Assembly (NCBI GenBank): GCA_031835245.2
Contig: JAVKOQ020000034.1
Span: 62,001-126,000 of the forward strand
DNA from: Balamuthia mandrillaris
Taxonomy: Eukaryota
DNA: 64,000 nucleotides
Reading direction: 5' to 3'
The position numbers and the translations under genes are program-made. Positions 57,701-64,000 of the stretch are shown piece by piece (the stretch's first letter is position 1; each line of letters starts with the position of its first letter). The notes under the pieces are model-generated. The model had not been told where the DNA came from, searched no databases, and saw nothing but the letters and a program-made list of their open reading frames with translations.

Positions 57701-60700
57701 GGCATGGAAGTGCTCATCCACGGTGAGGTCGCCAGAGATGGACTGGTCGGCAAAGACATAGAGATCACCGCCCAAGGAGGAGAATCCGTTCACAGAGAGG
57801 GAGCCAGCGTCCACAGCGCCATCCACGTTGGCATTGCCAACCACGCTGAGGTCGTTGTTGAACTGGGCGTTGGTGGCCTCAAAGTCGCCGTCAATGTCGG
57901 CATCACCCTGAACGACCAAGGAGCCAAGATCAGTGGAGCCAGAGACAGTCAGACGGGCAGAGGTGATCTCATCGGTGACGGCAAGGTCAGCTTCAATATC
58001 AACGGAAGCCTCGAAGGTAGCATCTCCAGTGGCATGGAGGTTCTCATCAACGGTAAGGTCAGCAGCAATGTTCTGGGTGCCAAAGACGAAGACGTCGCCG
58101 CCCAAGGAGGAGTAGCCGGCAACAGTGAGGACGCCAGAGGTCACGACACCATCGATGGTGGCGTCAGTGTTAACTTGGAGAGTGGCAGTGAACACACCGC
58201 TGGAAGCCTCCAAATCACCAGTGATATCAACATCACCACCGACGTTGGCATCACCTCCAACCTCCAAGGAGCCGACATCGGCTGATGCAGTAACCACGAG
58301 GGTAGCAGAGGAGACTTGTCCGGTAACATCAGCGTCAGCAGCAACGGTAATGGAAGCCTCGAAGGTAGCATCTCCAGTGGCAACAAGGTTCTCATCAACG
58401 GTAAGGTCAGCAGCAATGTTCTGGGTGCCAAAGACGAAGACGTCGCCGCCCAAGGAGGAGTAGCCAGCAACAGTGAGGACGCCAGAGGTCACGACACCAT
58501 CGATGGTGGCGTCAGTGTTAACTTGGAGAGTGGCAGTGAACACACCGCTGGAAGCCTCCAAATCACCAGTGATATCAACATCACCACCTACGTTAGCATC
58601 ACCTCCAACTTCCAAGGAGCCGACATCGGCTGATGCAGTAACCACGAGGGTAGCAGAGGAGACTTGTCCGGTAACATCAGCGTCAGTAGCAACGGTAATG
58701 GAAGCAGCGAAGGTAGCGTCGGCCTGGGCATGGAAGTGCTCATCCACGGTGAGGTCGCCAGAGATGGACTGGTCGGCAAAGACGTAGAGATCACCGCCCA
58801 AGGAGGAGAATCCGTTCACAGAGAGGGAGCCAGCTTCCACAGCGCCATCCACGTTGGCATTGCCAACCACGCTGAGGTCGTTGTTGAACTGGGCGTTGGT
58901 GGCCTCAAAGTCGCCGTCAATGTCGGCATCACCCTGAACGACCAAGGAGCCAAGATCAGTGGAGCCAGAGACAGTCAGACGGGCAGAGGTGATCTCATCG
59001 GTGACAGCGAGGTCCGCCTCGATGTCAACATCAGCCAAGAAAGTGGCCTCAGCAGAAGCAACGAGGTTCTCATCCACGGTGAGGTCGCCAGAGATGAACT
59101 GGTCAGCAAAGACGTAGAGATCACCGCCCAAAGAGGAGAATCCGTGCACAGAGAGTTCGCCAGCATTCACAACGCCATCAATGTTGGCATTGCCAACCAC
59201 GCTGAGGTCGTTGTTGAACTGGGCGTTGAGGGCCTCAACGTCGCCAGAGACAACTGCATCGCCGCCAATGTCAGCATCGGCCTGGACAAACAAGTCTTGG
59301 ACGTCAGCAGAGCCAGAAACAGTAAGACGAGCAGAGGTAATCTCGTTGGTGACGGCAAGGTCGCCCTCAACTCCAACATCAGCCTCGAAAGTAGCGTCAG
59401 CAACAGCAACAAGGTTCTCATCCACAGTGAGATCGCCAGCAACGGAGTGGTCACCAAAGGTCAAGACGTCACCGCCCAAGGAGGAGTAGCCAGCAACAGA
59501 GAGGGAGCCAGCTTCCACAACGCCATCCACGACAGCATTTTGAACCACGCTGAGGTCGTTGTTGATGGTGGCGCTCTCAGCAGTCAAGGTGTTGAGCTCA
59601 GTATCTCCGCTGACATCCAAGGAGCCAGCCTCCACAGAGTTGTCGACGGTCAAGGTGCCAAGAACGTGCAGAGCCTCGTTGACATCGAGGTCATGGTCAA
59701 TCTCGACGTTGCCCCAGAACTGAGCATCATCGGCCACACGGAGGGTGTTGTTCAAGAAGGACTCGCCATCCACAGAGAGGCCGTTTCCGACAAAGAGGTT
59801 CTCCCTGACGGTGACGTCCAGGTCAAAGCGGGCAACAGAGGCAAAGTCGGACTCGCCGCTGACTTCAAAGGTGGCTCCAACGGAGAGGTCGTCAGTGGTG
59901 ACATCCTCAGCAGAAAGGACTCCCGCGAAGAAGCTGTTGGCATGGACGGACAAGGTACCAGTGACCTCGACATCGTTGAGGTCGGCAATGTTTCTGACGT
60001 GCAGGTCATCACGGACGAAGACATCGTTGGAAACGGTCAAGTCGGATTGGAGGCTGACGTCGTTGGAGATGTGAGCTTCGTCGAGGTAGGTGGTGCCAGT
60101 GACGGTGAAGTCAGACTCAATAATGGTCTCTCCAGTCACGCGGACGGTGCCATCAAAGACGGACTGGCCATCCACGGAGAGGTCAGAGAGGTCAGCAGTG
60201 CCCAAGGCCTGGACGGAGTGAAGGGTAGAAGTACCGCTGACAGTCAAGTCAGCACCAGCGTGAACGTCGTCAGTGACGATGAGGGTGCCATCCAACTCGA
60301 GGGAGCCGTAGATGCCCTGGTTAAGGGTGATCTTACCAGCCACAGAGACGTCACCCTGGATGATGGTGTCACCGTCGGGGTGGCTGGCCACGATGTTACC
60401 AGAGGAAGTGGCAATGAAGACAGTGCCCCAGGAACCCTCCTCGGAGCTCTCACCACCATCGAGCACAATGTTACCGCCAGAGCCGCCAGAGCCGAAACCA
60501 CCGACCAGCTGAACGTTACCACCGTTGCCGTTGACGGCGTCACCACCGAGCACGACGAAGTCACCACCACGGCCGCCATTGGCGCCGGCATCCTGACCAG
60601 AGAAGGTTGTGGAGTAACCACCAGTGTTAGCGCTGGGGGGACGGTCCGCAACGAAGGGAGCAGAGTGGGAGCCCAGGCTGAGGTGTTGGCCCTCAAGGCT

Positions 60701-62164
60701 GGTATCCTCGGTGACGTGAAGGGTATCACAAATCTCGGTTGCCTCGTAGACGGAGAGGCTGCCAACTACCACGGTCTCAGCATCAGAGTGAGAGATCAGG
60801 ACGTTTCCGCTGCGGCTACCAATGACAACGTCACCGTTCTCATCAGAGCGGGAGCCGCCACGACCGGCGTCGAGAACGAGGGAACCACCATCGTAGCCAG
60901 GGGCAGCGGACTGACCCTCAATGAAGGTGTGGTAGGCATCGGCAGCGTGGCCAGAGGGGTTGCGGGCCTGAGGTCTGGTGGCCAAGAAGTCACCAGAGGC
61001 CTCTCCCAAGTACAGATCTCCTTGAACAGTCAGGTCGTTGACCTCAATGTGGCCCTCGACAATGACGGAACCAACTTCAGCGTTACCGAGGCGAACCTCT
61101 CCGTGCTCACCGCCAACGTAGACAACACCAGAGGAAGAGCCGAGGCCGTTGCCAGCACCAGCTTCGAGGATGAGGTCACCACCGTCTCCGGCATCACCTT
61201 CCTGACCCCTGATGGTGGTAGAGAAACCATCGTTGGGGGCAGAGTTGCGGGTCAACACGAAGTCAGCAAGCTCGCCGAGGTTAATGGTAGAACCGGCCAA
61301 GTAGATGTCGCCGTTGAGGGAGGTGGTTCCATCAACGGTCAAGTCGCCAGTAGTGGCGGAGGCAAGGTTGGTGTTGCCATCGACAACAAGGTCGCCCAAG
61401 ACGTTGGTGGTCTGGCCGGCAGCGCTGATGTATACATCAGACTCACGACCAGTGGTGGCAGTACCAACCTCAACGATGCCGTTACCGTTGGGGCCAGCTC
61501 CGGCAAAGAGGCGGAGGTCACCACCGACATCAGTGTCAGAGCTCTGACCGTTGAGGTGAGTAGGGTTGCCAGCAGCGGCGCTGTTAGGCCTGTTGAGCTC
61601 AAAGGCAGCGTCGGAGAGGCCAAGGGCGATTTCTCCCTCCACGTTCAAGGTGCCCACCATGTGGATGTTGCTACCAGCTGAGCCCACAAAGACCTCGCTG
61701 TTGTCACCAAGGAGGACGGCACCGGCGTTGACACCAGCACCACCGTTCAAGTGAAGGTTGCCGCCGTCGCCGCCACCAGAGTTGTCACCACCGGAGACGA
61801 ACAGGTCCTCACCATCAGCTGCGCGGACTACAGGGGACTCCACGGCATTCAAGGAGGCGATGTTGGACACGCTGAGGTCAAAGAAGGTGCCCTCACCAGT
61901 GGCGTCGATGTCGCCGACGATGGCCGAGTTGAAGTGTACACCACCGTTGAAGTGGGCAGAGCCATCAACGGTCAGGTCAGAGAAGGAGGAGGGACCAGAA
62001 GAGGAAAAACCGTTGGGGAAATTGGCGCTCTCCGCGGAGAACGTTCCCTCGACGTTTACGTCAGCCCTAAATACGGCGTCGCCCTCGGCGTCGAGGACGG
62101 GTTCCTGAGCAAGGACAGCAAGGCTGCCAAGCAGGACAAGCGCAAGACAAAGCAAGGCTTTCAT
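54737..62164 (-). CDS. Giant (~2475 aa) intronless secreted beta-repeat, fibre-like protein
   Basis: Uninterrupted ORF with strong codon bias; signal peptide MKALLCLALVLLGSLAVLA|QE; Gly-rich modules, then ~1700 aa of short x-L-x-V-x-G repeats; non-repetitive C-terminal domain. Confidence 0.9.
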   Translation of the reverse strand: MKALLCLALVLLGSLAVLAQEPVLDAEGDAVFRADVNVEGTFSAESANFPNGFSSSGPSSFSDLTVDGSAHFNGGVHFNSAIVGDIDATGEGTFFDLSVSNIASLNAVESPVVRAADGEDLFVSGGDNSGGGDGGNLHLNGGAGVNAGAVLLGDNSEVFVGSAGSNIHMVGTLNVEGEIALGLSDAAFELNRPNSAAAGNPTHLNGQSSDTDVGGDLRLFAGAGPNGNGIVEVGTATTGRESDVYISAAGQTTNVLGDLVVDGNTNLASATTGDLTVDGTTSLNGDIYLAGSTINLGELADFVLTRNSAPNDGFSTTIRGQEGDAGDGGDLILEAGAGNGLGSSSGVVYVGGEHGEVRLGNAEVGSVIVEGHIEVNDLTVQGDLYLGEASGDFLATRPQARNPSGHAADAYHTFIEGQSAAPGYDGGSLVLDAGRGGSRSDENGDVVIGSRSGNVLISHSDAETVVVGSLSVYEATEICDTLHVTEDTSLEGQHLSLGSHSAPFVADRPPSANTGGYSTTFSGQDAGANGGRGGDFVVLGGDAVNGNGGNVQLVGGFGSGGSGGNIVLDGGESSEEGSWGTVFIATSSGNIVASHPDGDTIIQGDVSVAGKITLNQGIYGSLELDGTLIVTDDVHAGADLTVSGTSTLHSVQALGTADLSDLSVDGQSVFDGTVRVTGETIIESDFTVTGTTYLDEAHISNDVSLQSDLTVSNDVFVRDDLHVRNIADLNDVEVTGTLSVHANSFFAGVLSAEDVTTDDLSVGATFEVSGESDFASVARFDLDVTVRENLFVGNGLSVDGESFLNNTLRVADDAQFWGNVEIDHDLDVNEALHVLGTLTVDNSVEAGSLDVSGDTELNTLTAESATINNDLSVVQNAVVDGVVEAGSLSVAGYSSLGGDVLTFGDHSVAGDLTVDENLVAVADATFEADVGVEGDLAVTNEITSARLTVSGSADVQDLFVQADADIGGDAVVSGDVEALNAQFNNDLSVVGNANIDGVVNAGELSVHGFSSLGGDLYVFADQFISGDLTVDENLVASAEATFLADVDIEADLAVTDEITSARLTVSGSTDLGSLVVQGDADIDGDFEATNAQFNNDLSVVGNANVDGAVEAGSLSVNGFSSLGGDLYVFADQSISGDLTVDEHFHAQADATFAASITVATDADVTGQVSSATLVVTASADVGSLEVGGDANVGGDVDITGDLEASSGVFTATLQVNTDATIDGVVTSGVLTVAGYSSLGGDVFVFGTQNIAADLTVDENLVATGDATFEASITVAADADVTGQVSSATLVVTASADVGSLEVGGDANVGGDVDITGDLEASSGVFTATLQVNTDATIDGVVTSGVLTVAGYSSLGGDVFVFGTQNIAADLTVDENLHATGDATFEASVDIEADLAVTDEITSARLTVSGSTDLGSLVVQGDADIDGDFEATNAQFNNDLSVVGNANVDGAVDAGSLSVNGFSSLGGDLYVFADQSISGDLTVDEHFHAQADATFGADVDILGDLAVTDEITSARLTVSGSTDLGSLVVQGRTDTNLLDVAENAEVGGTLLVGSTATFEATATFEVDVTVTGDSFLDGQLSVNGETFLNDTLRVADNAEFWGELEVDLDLSVNDDIWVAGNSNVDGNAHSASLDTDGNAVIGGDLEAVNAEFSNDLSVTRNAIVDGIVNAGVLSVQGYASLGGDAFVFGDHSVAGDLTVDEDFVLEGAATFNSISDFHDSAHFHDVVDFDATATFAVEAIFMAGIDVTGVADVDTLEAGGALVHGELSVQGSSTLAVLYVDNDSSLGNDVYIHDDLSINDELTVNGLSTFDGRANFNAFVLMDAGSRHNGETLFDNDVTVNATATIDFVWADDILVNDELSVEGISFLNDLTVNGFGHFSTSIFVADDAVIDNDLTVHDDAGILGAVSIGGTLLVTNHAHFETDITVDVTATITELIATEATVEDDLTVQDLAYIQSLSVWGDSQLDGNAYVDGLLSVTAAATVVGPATFQGVSTFNDEVTVNGLSLFTVDAHFDADITVDVTATINELIATEATVEDDLTVQDLAYIQSLSVWGDSQLDGNAYVDGLLSVTAAATVVGPATFQGVSTFNDEVTVNGLSLFTVDAHFDADITVDVTATITELLATDGTVTNDFTVQQDTFLNTLTTSGSTSLGADLSVHGLITAENDVTIEQDLYVELTTYLNGPLTVDATSTFTEDATFNLDITVTDTAFVTLVHATDVSVTDDLTVDSVSFLTELTVSGTSLFEDVVTIDSILTVTGDSHLEQDVDIGGDLDVEGVTHLHDDLSVDGDVSLGGRLDIWHGPLSFRYPGVDSASGDVVFPLPDPYVVRFGAAGTFVPGTFFELELNGRSFMQLEPEIELPYISRFEVSGTDPLGAAYSYEVGDIILVKGSADLSKVIAIWDFEDLINILGPGEGGNIYNSRSFLSVSLNLFTEHLYSDQIFMYMYSPRPLTGLPTAVNVDAVGIQEAPVEWVKLN
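55803..56400. repeat. 279-bp (93-codon) near-perfect tandem duplication inside the giant gene
   Basis: Near-identical shadow ORFs at 55822-56079 and 56101-56358 (offset 279). Confidence 0.9.
57575..59260. repeat. Nested 330-348-bp duplications inside the giant gene
   Basis: Tandem offset 348 (58125 vs 58473); ~57683-57981 recurs at offset 1026; GAGCCAAGATCAGTGGAGCC at 57591, 57921 and 58947. Confidence 0.88.
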
Positions 62165-62821
62165 GTGTTTTTTGTGTAGAGCCAACGAGGTCAAACCTGG
62201 GAAGGAGAGGAAGACCTGTGGTTGGTTTGTTTGTCGAGAGAGGAGAAAGAATGAAAAAAGAGAAAAACCAACGCTGAGAAAAAATAATTTAAAGGGGGAG
62301 AGGCGGCTCTCCGCGAAAAATTATACGGACACGAGCCTGGATAAAAATGAGTGGATGAGCAGTGAAAGGGTAGATAGGAGAGAACAAACCCTTTTTTAGT
62401 CACTCTCTTGCAAAGCCAACCAATCACAGCCTCCCATTTTATACTGTCTCCTTTCGCCATTCGCCAAAATATTTCCGGAGGGTTCTGGTTCGAACCGCGG
62501 CGATAACAACTTGGTTTTTTTTTGTTTTTCGCCCCAGGGGGTGAGGATGCGAGCGTGTAGGTTCCGGCGGTGCACCAAACAGAGGCACAGCTGCAGTGTC
62601 CGCAAAGGCATTGCGTCTTCTTGTGCATTGTTGCGTGGTGGCCAGAAAAGTTTTCGGTGTGTGTGATGAGGCCACAACAAGCCTTGTGGAGGTTTGCATG
62701 GTGTTAGAACAGCAGAAAACCAAAACAAAGCCTCGCCTGCACACTCTTTCGCACCTCCTCCGCCTTTGTTTCTGTCAGCAAACGAATGATGAACAAACTA
62801 AATAGTTTTAATAATGAAAAA

Positions 62822-64000
62822 TCAGTTTGTTGTGGCTTCTGCTTCCGCTTCCGCTTGCTGCAAGTAGAGCGCCCAGCCGTGGCTGGAGGGAGGCGCTGGC
62901 TCCACGAACCAAGGTGGGATGCTGCTGCCCCAGGGATGCTCCTTTGCGCAGAGAAAGATGTCCCATGCCCTCCTGGGTTATTTTTTGTGGTTGGTTTAAT
63001 GCAGAGCGAAGAGAAGAGGGAAAGAGAGAGAGGAGAGAGAGAGAGAGAGAGAGGAGAGAAAGAGAGCAGCGAAGGAGCAGGAAGGACGAAGAAGAAGCAA
63101 GAAGCAAGAAGAAGAAGAAGAAGCAGCAGCAGAAGAAGAAGAACAAGAACAACAACAAGAAACATACCTGATGTTTATGAGAGCATGCAAGCTTTTGTAA
63201 GCTTGTTCGTAGTACGATGTAAAATAATTATCCTCCACTTCCAGTTCTTCCTCTTCCTCTTCCTCTTCTTCTTCTTCCTCCTCCTCCTCCTCTTCGTTAT
63301 TCACTTCCTTTCGTATCTTCCTCTTTCGAGCGTTGAGTGATTGTTGTTGCAGAAGCAAAAGTTGTTGCTGTTGATATGCTTCTTCCAATTCCTTTTGATA
63401 TCTCTCCATAAACGCGTTTCCACTCCATATCGAGCTTTCTCCTTGCGTTGTTGTTTTTGCATCGTCGTTGTCTTGTGTTTCTGTTTCTGTCTCTTTCTCT
63501 CTCTCGTGTTCATCTTTTGCTTCTTCGATTTCCATTTCTTCTTCTACGACTACTTTCTCCATTTCCGCTTTGCTTTCTGCTTTCTCCTCTGTTTGTTGGT
63601 GCTCTTCTTTTTCTTCTTCCTCTTCCACCTCCTTATTTTCGGATTTGTACGAATGAGCTTCTTCAAAATATCGCGAAAGCACATCTTCTCCTTCGTTTTT
63701 CGTTGCTTCACTTCTTGAAGTTGGTGTGGTTGAATTCGCTAAGATACGTAAATGCAAAAGTACCTCCAACCTTGCCACTATCTCTCGTTCGTGTTCCAAC
63801 CGCTTTTCTTCTCGCTTCCGTTTTCTCATGTGCAAGCGTTGAAGTTGACGTTGCTTCTTCGCCTATTTTCGAGAAACAAAGAAAATAAGAGCAAAGCAGA
63901 AACATAACCAGACGAGAGGGAGATAGGATACCGCGATCTTGGCGCGAAGCTTAACTTCTTCGTCAGCACGAAGTCGTTCGGCTTTGCGTTCTAGTTCCTC
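62822..64000 (-). CDS. PDCD7: PDCD7 / U11-59K minor-spliceosome protein; 5' end outside the window
   Basis: Spliced C-terminus YYEQAYKSLHALINIR|RAWDIFLCAKEHPWGSSIPPWFVEPAPPSSHGWALYL fits the conserved PDCD7 C-terminal motif as recalled (YY.QA..S..ALI.IR..WD..L...HP.G..VP..W..P..PS...WA). Confidence 0.82.

Noticed and set aside
55803..59260. Possible CRISPR array or mobile element in the repeated region
   Set aside because: Repeats are long, in-frame coding duplications without unique spacers. No cas, transposase, reverse transcriptase, TIR or LTR was seen anywhere in the window.
54863..61681. Very long plus-strand ORFs (1140 aa at 54863-58285 and 1005 aa at 58664-61681)
   Set aside because: Antisense shadows of the fibre gene: its codon bias avoids TTA/CTA/TCA, which removes stops on the opposite strand. 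No independent protein features.

Overview
Gene-dense eukaryotic nuclear DNA: about 23 protein-coding genes in 64 kb, short GT-AG introns often swollen by (GA)n/(TTC)n/(TTG)n/(TTTC)n microsatellites, standard genetic code. Gene content and style suggest a free-living amoebozoan of the Acanthamoeba/Balamuthia type (inference). Recognisable genes: PP4R3/SMEK, ZNF622/Rei1, pirin, RPL3, a GST, RED/IK, POLD3, a Slo-family K+ channel, a receptor kinase with tRNA-Leu(CAG) in its last intron, L-rhamnose mutarotase, ATG3, WASP, PCYT2, a Sec14-PH protein, an RPEL-RhoGAP, an F-box protein and PDCD7 (U11-59K). The most unusual elements are: (i) an intronless ~2475-aa secreted, acidic beta-repeat protein resembling a phage/viral fibre, with recent internal duplications; (ii) a nitrilase-WD40 fusion; (iii) an orphan ThiF/E1-like enzyme with a large insertion; (iv) a palindromic TGTCGACA motif enriched in promoters; (v) a decayed 'CPW' ankyrin relic of the giant-virus-shared type; (vi) an inverted pseudogene fragment beside a secreted-protein gene. 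Gene models were spliced by eye, and family calls rest on motifs recalled from memory, not on database searches.
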